NCBI GenBank assembly: GCA_965215565.1
Contig: CBDCDZ010000004.1
Span: 2,752,001 to 2,816,000, forward strand
Reading direction: 5' to 3'
Length of the DNA stretch: 64,000 bases
Source of the DNA: Trueperaceae bacterium
Lineage (GTDB): Bacteria; Deinococcota; Deinococci; Deinococcales; Trueperaceae
Part shown: in pieces, positions 49,196-59,779 of the stretch
Numbering within the stretch: the first letter of the stretch is position 1
How the letters are laid out: every line of letters begins with the position of its first letter
Position numbers and translations under genes: made by a program
The notes under the pieces: generated by a model
What the model was told of the DNA's origin: nothing
Database searches by the model: none
Seen by the model: only the letters and a program-made list of their open reading frames with translations

Positions 49196-50863
49196 TTAAG
49201 ACGGACCCGCGATGCGCCAGAAGGTATTGGGGTTATCAATATCTGCGCTGACACTGCCCTTACCGTGGAAGTAGTCGTCGTAGTTAGCGTATCTGCTGTT
49301 CGAAACTGGACCCATCACTGCCCATATAACGGAGCTTGGTTGCACCTCTGTTGCAGTTGCCACCCACGCTTGGCGTACCTTCTGGGGCTTTTTGTCTGGG
49401 AACCAACTTATTTTCTTGCCCAACATCTTTTCAGCCAACAGACGCCCTTCGGTTTGATTGTCGAAGCTAACGTTAGCGTAGGCGAGCATCTGGTGGAGTC
49501 CCTTGAACGCGGGCCCCCAACGTTGCGCGAAATTCTTGCCGCCGGAGGTGTGTTGGAGGGGTCCGCAAGCTGCCACGACGAGCCACTCTAAGTCGCGGTT
49601 GCCCCATTTTGCGTCGTTGTAGTGCAAGAAGCCGTCGTCGTTAGTGCCTTCAAAGGTAAAGCCGTCGCCGTCTGCGTGACCCGTGTAGAAGACCATGTCC
49701 ACATCGTCTACATAGGCGTTGTCGGCACCTCCCTTACTTGGGTCTTTGAAATCGCGTTCCCAAGCGGCAGCGTCGCCAAAGTGAAACTGGACCGGGATGC
49801 CCGCGCCGCTCATCGTGTCGCGGAAGCCGCCTGCGTTGTTCTGGGAGCCGCCGAGTCCTTGCGATACGCCGATATATTCGACGCCAACATCCACACGTCC
49901 TAAGCGCTGGGTGCTGAGTGTTGGCGCTTGGCTGACCTCTCTACTATCGGCTGATTGTGCCGCTAACTCAGACTCGCCACGCGTCTCGCCTGTGCTGGCG
50001 TCGAGCATGACCGCCCTAAGTTGCGCGCCGTTTTTGAGCGTATAGTCTTCGCAGACGTAAGAGGGGGTGAGTTCTTCGCCGCTTTGGTCGGGTGAATCCA
50101 CATAGTAGGTGAGTTTCGGTGTACCTGGCAGCACGCCTTCGTTACTTGCATACGCCTCTTCACAAGCTTGCGCCGCTTCACTTGCGGACAAAACAGAGGT
50201 TTCACCGATGGGCTCGAGCCCATAAAGTCCGTAGTAAAGCTGCGTGACCTGACCTTCGGGGTTAAAAACCGCTTTGACCTTGCCGCCGGGTCCGCTCAGC
50301 GAAACGCCGCCTGCTTGCTCCAACCTCAGGTTAAAAAGCACATGCGTATCTACTTCGGTGTCAACGAGCGTTTTGCCTCCGGTGGTCTCTAAACTGAAGG
50401 TGCTTACGTCTGTATAAGGTTCTGCGTTTAAGCCCTCAACGATGGATTCGGGCAGCATCTCCGCGCTGTCTAACGCGCCGAGCACACGCTCCACTGCTTC
50501 GCCTGCATCAAAGGGTTTCACCTCTTGTAGCGCCTCAAAGTCAAACGCTTCAGTGACTACGCTGCCGCCATCTTCTGCGGACTCTTCCTGACCAACAACC
50601 TTGCTCGGCACCGCCATAAAGTTCTCTGTGTCAAGGTAGCTGATTGGCGCAAAGGGATCGGGTTCACCAATGTCTGCTTTGATGCCGAGTTCGTTCATAA
50701 GATGCTGAACTTGCTCGCTCTTGACGCCGTTCTCAGTGAGGCGAAAGACGGGGAGTTGCTCTAAGTCTTGCGTCGAGACTTCGCTCGGGGTTTGATTCAT
50801 GTCGGTGCAAGCCGCTAAGAGCAGGAAAGAGGTTGAGATTAAGCCGATATGTTTGCATTTCAT
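49196..50863 (-). CDS. Lipoprotein with C-terminal DUF6345-like (putative clan CD cysteine protease) domain
   Basis: AAGGAG RBS; lipobox LLAAC; WERDF, DMVFYTGHA and WG..DLEWLVVAAC motifs. Confidence 0.75.
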   Translation of the reverse strand: MKCKHIGLISTSFLLLAACTDMNQTPSEVSTQDLEQLPVFRLTENGVKSEQVQHLMNELGIKADIGEPDPFAPISYLDTENFMAVPSKVVGQEESAEDGGSVVTEAFDFEALQEVKPFDAGEAVERVLGALDSAEMLPESIVEGLNAEPYTDVSTFSLETTGGKTLVDTEVDTHVLFNLRLEQAGGVSLSGPGGKVKAVFNPEGQVTQLYYGLYGLEPIGETSVLSASEAAQACEEAYASNEGVLPGTPKLTYYVDSPDQSGEELTPSYVCEDYTLKNGAQLRAVMLDASTGETRGESELAAQSADSREVSQAPTLSTQRLGRVDVGVEYIGVSQGLGGSQNNAGGFRDTMSGAGIPVQFHFGDAAAWERDFKDPSKGGADNAYVDDVDMVFYTGHADGDGFTFEGTNDDGFLHYNDAKWGNRDLEWLVVAACGPLQHTSGGKNFAQRWGPAFKGLHQMLAYANVSFDNQTEGRLLAEKMLGKKISWFPDKKPQKVRQAWVATATEVQPSSVIWAVMGPVSNSRYANYDDYFHGKGSVSADIDNPNTFWRIAGPS

Positions 50864-50968
50864 GGTCGTTCTCCTTGAATATTTGCGAGAGTTTTGGACG
50901 GGTGCCCACCTCGAGGCGTAGTAGAGGTGACGCAGTGGGCACATTCGGATATAAAGAGATTTTAGAGA

Positions 50969-51982
50969 TTAGTTGACAGGGATGGGAGTGGGACGAGCGT
51001 CAACGGGAACGGGGGTGGGTCTCGCCCTAAAGAAGACGGGCTGAGGGTCTTCGCTAAGGGTGCCGTGCTTTAACGCACCCTCGATATGCTCATTCATCAC
51101 TTCGTCTAAGAGGTCAGCGTGGACGGGTAAGACGCCAGCGTGCTCGAAGAGGGAAACCTGTACCTCTTCGCTAAAGAGAGATTCGGCGAGCATGGTGCCC
51201 ATCTCTTCACCAACTTTGGTATGAACGGCAACGTTAAGCCCTTGGATAACCGGCGCAACGCCTTCGCCTTGAAGCTGGGTGAGGTTGCCGAGACCCGCTT
51301 CTACTCTGTTGAGACCTGCGTTACCAGTGAAGATAACATCGACTTCGTGGAGATGCTGGATGGCTATATAGCGGTCAATATTCTCTTTTGCTCGCTGTAA
51401 GTGATAGCCCATGCAAGACCTGGAAGCAAAGCAGATAGGACTAACTGAAATGGTTGTTCCTTGACATCCTGCGGGATCACACGTCACTGAGCCTATTCGA
51501 ATGCTCGTATCGACTTCAAAAACTTCCGTAAATACATTGCCCAACTCCTGCTGACTCAACTCGCTCACTTCCTGTAGTGCTAAGTCGTAGCTCATAAGTG
51601 TTTCCGCAAACTCAGGTGTGATGTACGCGCCTTCAAAGTCCCAACCGACGACAGGGGAGAAGTCAACGGGGTCACACCAGCGCGGGTCGCACCAAGGGAT
51701 GGGCCAAGGGCGCGGGTTCCAGGGCCAAGGGTCAATCTCCGGGGGTAGCGGCGTGTAGGAAACTAAACCACCTCCCACTTCGTTATGAACTTCCAAGAGA
51801 TTATCCGGCTCGGTCAGGATAGTCTCGAAGCCCGCTGCACCTAGTCCTTCGGCAATCTGCTCGTTATCCGTGACGATGGGAACGTCTGAAAAACCGGCGG
51901 TGCTGAGTTCCGTCTCTGTGAGGTCGGTGCCGCACGCGCTCAAGAGGGCGATGAGACAGCCAATAAAAATGGTGCGTTTCAT
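50969..51982 (-). CDS. Lipoprotein with Pro/Trp-rich segment and SBP-like C-terminal half
   Basis: AAGGAG RBS; lipobox LLSAC. Confidence 0.75.
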   Translation of the reverse strand: MKRTIFIGCLIALLSACGTDLTETELSTAGFSDVPIVTDNEQIAEGLGAAGFETILTEPDNLLEVHNEVGGGLVSYTPLPPEIDPWPWNPRPWPIPWCDPRWCDPVDFSPVVGWDFEGAYITPEFAETLMSYDLALQEVSELSQQELGNVFTEVFEVDTSIRIGSVTCDPAGCQGTTISVSPICFASRSCMGYHLQRAKENIDRYIAIQHLHEVDVIFTGNAGLNRVEAGLGNLTQLQGEGVAPVIQGLNVAVHTKVGEEMGTMLAESLFSEEVQVSLFEHAGVLPVHADLLDEVMNEHIEGALKHGTLSEDPQPVFFRARPTPVPVDARPTPIPVN

Positions 51983-52120
51983 GGGGTTGCTCCTTTGTCA
52001 AAGCTGAGTGTGTTTCGGGTGTAGGGCTGACGGGTCTGTTTAGTAGGCGTACGCTGGGCTGTTCACCTCACCCCTCCTCTCTTTCGTCCTGGTCGTTTGC
52101 TTGATTAGAACGATGAAAGG

Positions 52121-52152
52121 ATGGTAGGCTGAGCGCGTCAACTTTTCGTCAA
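52121..52152 (-). promoter_or_regulatory. Putative SARP-activated promoter
   Basis: Minus strand reads TTGACGA-N4-TTGACGC-N8-TACCAT(-10). Confidence 0.6.
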
Positions 52153-52337
52153 AAAACTCGAGAAAGCGTGTCCTAAACAAATAAAAACACCATGAATTTG
52201 TTTTCTTGCCTCTACGTCGGCGTACCCTTTCGAACGTTTGAGGACGGTTTGGGGGGTTCGTTGGGTCGCTTGCCCCTTCCTAAAGCCGCGCCTCACCTCT
52301 TCCGGTCAGGCTCTGGTCATGGCTGGTCAGGCACACT

Positions 52338-54947
52338 ATGGACGTGCTTAATCTCACTCTTTTAGGAACGCCGCGCCTGACCTACAAAGGCGCAGACGTA
52401 GGGCTACAAAAAAAGAACTTGGCGCTCGTGTGTTATTTGGCGCTGCAAGGAACGTGTACCCGCGCGGACCTCACCGAACTGCTTTGGGGTGCGGGGCGCG
52501 GCGGCAGTTTGCGCACGGCGCTCTACAAGGTGCGGCAGTTGCCGGGCGCAGAAGACTGGCTCACGGACGGGGAACTCGTCAAGCTAGCCGTGCAGAGCGA
52601 TGTGGCAATGTTGCAGCGCGACAAGGACGCCCCCAATCTCTCCGAAGCGACGTTTGCCCACCTGGATAGTTACTTAGAAAATGACGCGCAAGGGCTTTTG
52701 TTCGGTTTCAAAGCGCCGACGCCCGCCTACAGCGAATGGTTAGAAGAGCAGCGCCAAGCGGTTGCGCTCTTGCTCGAGACCCTCCTCAGACGCGCTGCCC
52801 AAGAGGTATTTGAACGCGGCGAACTGGAGCGGGCAAAGCGCTACGCCGAAGCCCTCATCACCCGCGACCCCTTAGACGAGCCTGCGTATAGGCTGCTGAT
52901 GCGGCTCGAGTTGGGGCGCGGCTATCCCGAAAACACACACCGCACTTTTGGGCGTTTAGTCTCAACACTCGAAGAGGTCGGCGGCGAACCCGACCCGGAT
53001 ACACTCGCGCTGCACCGTCAACTGTTGGGCACGGGGAGCGGCGCACAGGGCGCACGCCTGCACGAAGGAGACGACGTGCCAGGGCGTGCCCCGCGGCTTA
53101 TCGGGCGCGACTCTCTGTTACAAAGTCTCGAGGCAAACCTCACCGGACACCGCTCTGAGCGCCCGGTGTTGCTGCACGGTTTAGGCGGCGTCGGTAAAAC
53201 GGCCTTAGCCGCGGAGTTGGCGTTCAGGTTCCTCCCCAAAGATGAAGTGCTCTGGCTCCAAGCCGGTCTCAGCAGCGCCGCCGAACTCCTCGGCGCAACT
53301 CGTGGGCTATTGGGACTCTCAGGCGCGGCGCAACCCAGTGCGCTAACCCAAGCACTCGGGCGCGTTTCCCTCGTCATTGTTGACGACGTTTGGAACGAGG
53401 GCGCGGTGGCAGCGTTGCGTCACCATCTACCCGAGACTTGTCCGCTGGTCGTAACCTCGAGGCAGCGCATGAGCGGCTTTAAGCGACTCGACGTGAGGCG
53501 GCTCGTGAGAGAGGATGCGCGGCAACTTTTGCGGCTCGAGGCGGGCACTGACCTCTGTAACGCGCAGCTAGAGCCCATCTGTGACCTCTTGGGCGACCAT
53601 CCCTTCGCCCTGCGTGTGGCAGGTGCGAAGCTCAAGCACGACGGGCTCACGCCGCTGCAACTCCTCACGCAGCTCGCCAGCGCGCCCCACACGCTCAGAG
53701 TCCAGGGAAGCAGGGGCGACGCGAACAGCGTCAGCGCCCTCTTGCAAACGAGCTTAGATACCCTCAGTGACGATGCCTATGACGCCTTTTTAGCGGTGGG
53801 CGCACTCGCGTCTAGCACGGTGAGTGCGCCGCTCCTAGCCCGCGCCTTACGCCGCGACGAAGAGGTTGCCGAAGCCGCGCTTATCGAACTGCAAACCCGC
53901 GCCTTAGCCACCCGCACTGCTAGCCCCGGCAGTGACCTCGTGCGCTACACGCTCCACGACCTCTCACACAGCTTTGCGCGGCAAAAAACCACCTTACGCC
54001 CGCAGAGCGTTCTTCGTGCCTGTAGCGATTTGGTACACGCGCATCCTAAAGACTTCGACATTTTAGACGCTGAAATCACCAACGTCATCGGGGCGCTCAG
54101 CCCCTTGCAAGACGCGCAAGAGGTGAAAGGGCAACGTTCGGTGCTTTCGGTCATGGCGAAACTCGTCATCGGTGACGCCTACTTTGCAGCGAGAGGTCAC
54201 ACGCCGCGTTCCTTGAAGCTTTTGGAGGTGGCAGCGAAGTGGGCGGAGGCGCTTGAAGAACTCGTGTGGGCGCATCATTTTGTGACGAAGCTCGGGGACG
54301 CTTACCGCGTGCAATATCACCAGTTTGAAAGGGCGCTCACCTCTTATCAAACGGGGGCGAAGTTGGCGCAGCTAACTGGGGATAAGGCGAGAGAGGCCAT
54401 ATTGACGAGTCTCTGCGGTATTGCTCAGCATCATTTGGCGCGTTCACCTAATGAGACATTTGAGCGAGCCTATCAACTTGCTCGAGAGGCAGATAACCTT
54501 ACGGCTATTGGTCAAGTGCTACAGCATCGCGGTTTTGTTGCTGGGTTCTACGATAACTGGAAGCTAGTGGAAAGCTTGAACATAGAAGCGGGCAGAGTTG
54601 CACGCTCGTTCTCAAATACAACGGATGAAGAACGCACCCGTGCTGACGACCTTCTTTACTTTTCACTTCTCAACTTGGGCGAAGCCAAACGTAAGCTTGG
54701 AAATTTTGAAGAAGCTGTAACCATCCGAAAAGAGGCTTTGGACATTGCAGTTACGCACAAGAATCAAATGTGGCAAGCCTACGCATTGCACGAACTTGGT
54801 GAGATGTACCTCGAGGTGCCTGAGTACGAGACAGCCGAGGGGTACTTGCGAAAGGCTCTCAAGCTTTACAAAACTAATCACGCCGCCGCCGAAGTTACAG
54901 AGGTGCAACAGCTTATTGACAAAAATTCACGCCGAGTTGACGCCTAG
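52338..54947 (+). CDS. AfsR-like STAND regulator: SARP wHTH, BTAD, NB-ARC, TPR
   Basis: LLG.P.L, LALVCYLAL, DPLDE.AYR.LM, GLGGVGKT, VDDVW, VTSR, HPFAL, LHDL and C-terminal TPRs. Confidence 0.92.
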   Translation: MDVLNLTLLGTPRLTYKGADVGLQKKNLALVCYLALQGTCTRADLTELLWGAGRGGSLRTALYKVRQLPGAEDWLTDGELVKLAVQSDVAMLQRDKDAPNLSEATFAHLDSYLENDAQGLLFGFKAPTPAYSEWLEEQRQAVALLLETLLRRAAQEVFERGELERAKRYAEALITRDPLDEPAYRLLMRLELGRGYPENTHRTFGRLVSTLEEVGGEPDPDTLALHRQLLGTGSGAQGARLHEGDDVPGRAPRLIGRDSLLQSLEANLTGHRSERPVLLHGLGGVGKTALAAELAFRFLPKDEVLWLQAGLSSAAELLGATRGLLGLSGAAQPSALTQALGRVSLVIVDDVWNEGAVAALRHHLPETCPLVVTSRQRMSGFKRLDVRRLVREDARQLLRLEAGTDLCNAQLEPICDLLGDHPFALRVAGAKLKHDGLTPLQLLTQLASAPHTLRVQGSRGDANSVSALLQTSLDTLSDDAYDAFLAVGALASSTVSAPLLARALRRDEEVAEAALIELQTRALATRTASPGSDLVRYTLHDLSHSFARQKTTLRPQSVLRACSDLVHAHPKDFDILDAEITNVIGALSPLQDAQEVKGQRSVLSVMAKLVIGDAYFAARGHTPRSLKLLEVAAKWAEALEELVWAHHFVTKLGDAYRVQYHQFERALTSYQTGAKLAQLTGDKAREAILTSLCGIAQHHLARSPNETFERAYQLAREADNLTAIGQVLQHRGFVAGFYDNWKLVESLNIEAGRVARSFSNTTDEERTRADDLLYFSLLNLGEAKRKLGNFEEAVTIRKEALDIAVTHKNQMWQAYALHELGEMYLEVPEYETAEGYLRKALKLYKTNHAAAEVTEVQQLIDKNSRRVDA

Positions 54948-54976
54948 CTCGTATTGTTACTTGTGGAGGAAAACAG

Positions 54977-56377
54977 ATGAAATACATTGCAAGCAGCCTT
55001 CTTTTGACCCTCTTTTTAAGTGCATGTTCGATTAGCGATCCTTCCAACCTCGAGCAGCAGGCTTTCGAAACTATCGACCCAAGCAATCTCATCGGTTTAA
55101 GCGGCGAAGAATTCAGACTCATAAACGAAGATACGGGCAACTGTTCGATTGATGAGATCAAAATACCGGGAGAAGGATTGCGCGCTATGGGTGGTAGTGG
55201 CGGTCTCTTCACCCAACCCTTCTCTATCAGCACCGTACCCGATGACATCAACATCATCAGCCAAGAGGTTCTCAACTTAGCGTCACCCCACTTCGACCAG
55301 CCCACCGCGCTTCTTGTTGTAGATGACTTTGATGGGCAAGGGCTTAATCAACCTGGCGTTTACTTTCCCGATATTAGAGGTCAAGGTCCCCACGGGTCAC
55401 TTGTTTACAACCATACTTTGGCACTTCTCGCAAAAATCGACCAAAGCATGGGAAAAAATCCAAAGTTGAAGCTAAGCCCGGCTGTAAAGATGGACAGCTT
55501 TGAGATACACAAGCCTGCGCGTATCGATCTATTTAATGAGCCTCCTTTCAACTTCGAGCCGTTCTCAGGGCATGTTACGCAGTTTCCCAACCTCAACCTT
55601 ACCGTTATTGCTATTGATACCGAAGATTTCGATACGAGCATCATCGCCGGCCGCATCGCCGCGACGATTCAACGTGCGGCGGACCATTGGAATATCTCGC
55701 GCTTCGCTGCCAATATGAGCTTTGGACTGGTGCCGTGCAGCGTACTCGAGGATTTCACGGCAGTGAAGCAAATGTATCCAACGTTTGAATCTTACCGAGA
55801 TGCGCTTCTCGCTAAGAATAAGCTCAGCGTGACTCAGTTTCATAAAGAACTCACAGAAATCCTCACGACACCTGTAGGTAACGACCCGCTGCAACTCCTC
55901 GCGCAGTTCAATCCAGAAGCGATCTCTGGAAATGTTGACGCCGTGGCATACCTCGCCTCAGCGGGCAACTACGGTATGAACTACTCGCTCTTTCCCGCCC
56001 ACTGGCCCGAATTTGCGAGCGTGAGCGCCTCAGACCTGAGCGTGGACCCAAGCAGACCGCTCGAGATTTCGCATAAAGACGCCGCGTATTCAAATTCGGG
56101 TGAAATCCTCTTGCCGGGTGGCTACTACCAGCTTAACCTCTACTACCCTGGTGGCGGCTGGCAGCCCATCCCTGACATTGCTTTCGCAGGCACCTCATTC
56201 GCTGCACCTGTTTTGAGCGTCTTCACCGCGTTGGACTTTACGAGCAGAGCGCCGCAGTGCCCCGTTACACACGAGCACAGCACGTCGCTCGCACACAACT
56301 ATAGGTACGGTTTAGGACAAGATGAGATGTTGGAGAACGTCATCAACGGGTCGTGCGCTCGTCACTATCGTCCCTGA
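54977..56377 (+). CDS. S8 subtilisin-like serine protease, lipoprotein
   Basis: GGAGG RBS; lipobox FLSAC; VVDD, HGSLV, SAGN and GTSFAAP motifs. Confidence 0.85.
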   Translation: MKYIASSLLLTLFLSACSISDPSNLEQQAFETIDPSNLIGLSGEEFRLINEDTGNCSIDEIKIPGEGLRAMGGSGGLFTQPFSISTVPDDINIISQEVLNLASPHFDQPTALLVVDDFDGQGLNQPGVYFPDIRGQGPHGSLVYNHTLALLAKIDQSMGKNPKLKLSPAVKMDSFEIHKPARIDLFNEPPFNFEPFSGHVTQFPNLNLTVIAIDTEDFDTSIIAGRIAATIQRAADHWNISRFAANMSFGLVPCSVLEDFTAVKQMYPTFESYRDALLAKNKLSVTQFHKELTEILTTPVGNDPLQLLAQFNPEAISGNVDAVAYLASAGNYGMNYSLFPAHWPEFASVSASDLSVDPSRPLEISHKDAAYSNSGEILLPGGYYQLNLYYPGGGWQPIPDIAFAGTSFAAPVLSVFTALDFTSRAPQCPVTHEHSTSLAHNYRYGLGQDEMLENVINGSCARHYRP

Positions 56378-56487
56378 GAGGTGAAGCGGGTCAGCATAAG
56401 ATTTGTTCCGATAGACTGACCTGCTCATTCACTTTCTCGTACGTTCTTCTACAATTGAAAGCAATATCAATGCGGAAGGAGGAAACC

Positions 56488-56586
56488 ATGAAGCAGAAAC
56501 TTCGTCACATCTTTGTGCTGGCGCTCATCACCTTACCGTTCTGGAGTAGCGTAGCATTTGCTGGATTGCGCGTTAGGGGCGGCTAA
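56488..56586 (+). CDS. 32-aa secreted peptide precursor (signal peptide + GLRVRGG)
   Basis: AAGGAGG RBS; MKQKLRHIFVLALITLPFWSSVAFA-GLRVRGG; downstream terminator. Confidence 0.8.
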   Translation: MKQKLRHIFVLALITLPFWSSVAFAGLRVRGG

Positions 56587-56610
56587 TCTCCAAAACTTTC
56601 TATGCCTACG

Positions 56611-56640
56611 AAGAGAGGTGAAGCTTTCACCTCTCTTTTT
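56611..56640 (+). terminator. Rho-independent terminator
   Basis: aagagaggtgaa-gct-ttcacctctctt plus T-run. Confidence 0.9.
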
Positions 56641-56727
56641 CTTTTTTGTGTTGAGCAAACTGTTTTTATACACCAAACAACCTAGCCTCACGGGACAGCT
56701 TCTGCGGGTAAATTGGGGAAGCAGCGG

Positions 56728-58659
<1,932 letters not shown>

Positions 58660-58837
58660 GTTTAGCCCTCCAGTACGGTTTCAGTTTACCGTGAGGTGCG
58701 CAGAGGTAGAGGAAGAGGGCGAGAGAAAAAAGACAAACGTGGTGGGTTGCGGCGTCGCGAGAGGTCATACCGTTTCCGGATTCCAGGATTTTCCCCAAGG
58801 CGAGATGAAAAAGCGTGGATTAGATCGGCGTATGAAG

Positions 58838-58863
58838 AAAAAAGCACCGCCGTAACGGTGCTT
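58838..58863 (-). terminator. Rho-independent terminator of the OMP-like gene
   Basis: aagcaccg / cggtgctt stem with a T-run on the minus strand. Confidence 0.7.
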
Positions 58864-58884
58864 AGCGTGGGTTTAACTTAACCT

Positions 58885-58995
58885 TGGCAGTTCCAAAACA
58901 TATTGAGACGGATAAGCGTAGATATCATCTCAGAACGTGCGTGCTACATGGTGTTCTCAACAGTGAGAGTGTTTCTAACCAGATGATACCTGCTA
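58885..58995 (-). repeat. MITE-like dispersed repeat, copy 9 (111-bp core)
   Basis: Reverse complement reads TAGCAGGTATCATCTGGTTAG...AGATGATATCTACG...TGGAACTGCCA. Confidence 0.9.
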
Positions 58996-59001
58996 CCTCA
59001 A

Positions 59002-59478
59002 TCAGAAGTGCAGGTTCACCCCAGCCCGCGCCCGCACGTAGGGGTCAAAGCCACTCACGAGCAGCCCCGGCTGCACCTCGCCGAACACGCCTAAGCGCCC
59101 GATGCGAAGCTCGCCGCCGCCCACCGCGTGAGCGCCGAAAGGACCGTTGCGCACGTCCGCAAGCTCGTCGGGCTGCTCCTGGAAAAAAACGTCCGCGCCC
59201 GCGCCTAAGTAAACTTTGACACCTGTCAGCGGCACGCCGATGTTATAGAGCAGGTCAGCGCTCGCGACTCTGAAGCGTGAAAAGCCCAGGTTCGTCTCCG
59301 CCGCGCCGCGTACGGTGAAACCTGGTAGCAGCCCGATACCCACTTGCGCGCCCACCCCCAAAGTTGTGTCGTCGGTATTCGTGGGCGGCGCTCCGGTGAG
59401 CCCGACGTAAAGTTCTTGCGCCAGGGCGGATGAGCCTAGAAGCGCGGCGCACATCACTGCAAATATGAATTTTTTCAT
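59002..59478 (-). CDS. Small outer-membrane beta-barrel-like protein
   Basis: AGGAGG RBS; signal peptide ALA-Q; amphipathic strands; C-terminal Phe. Confidence 0.8.
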   Translation of the reverse strand: MKKFIFAVMCAALLGSSALAQELYVGLTGAPPTNTDDTTLGVGAQVGIGLLPGFTVRGAAETNLGFSRFRVASADLLYNIGVPLTGVKVYLGAGADVFFQEQPDELADVRNGPFGAHAVGGGELRIGRLGVFGEVQPGLLVSGFDPYVRARAGVNLHF

Positions 59479-59779
59479 TGACAACCTCCTCGAGTTGTAG
59501 AGAACATAGCCTGAGCCTAATCGTACCTCATGAGTGAACGCTGTGCCTGACGCAGTTTTGCTTCATTAAAGAGATGAAGAAAAAGGCTCATGATTATGTG
59601 GAGTGGGTTTGGCTAGCCCACTAGCGACTCCGTGAACGTATCCGCTCGGACCGAATACAAAATAAAGTTTCGTCATTCAACCGGACATGGAACCACCCGG
59701 AAGCGGTATGAGTCTTTTGCCGACTCTAAAAAATTGCTCACTACCGCTAGATGCTGGGCTAGGGCGTAGACTGTGAGGT

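Noticed and set aside
52338..54947. Avs/NLR-type antiphage defence interpretation
   Set aside because: The N-terminus is a SARP transcription activator rather than a nuclease or other toxic effector, and the neighbours are exported lipoproteins. Not excluded, but less supported.
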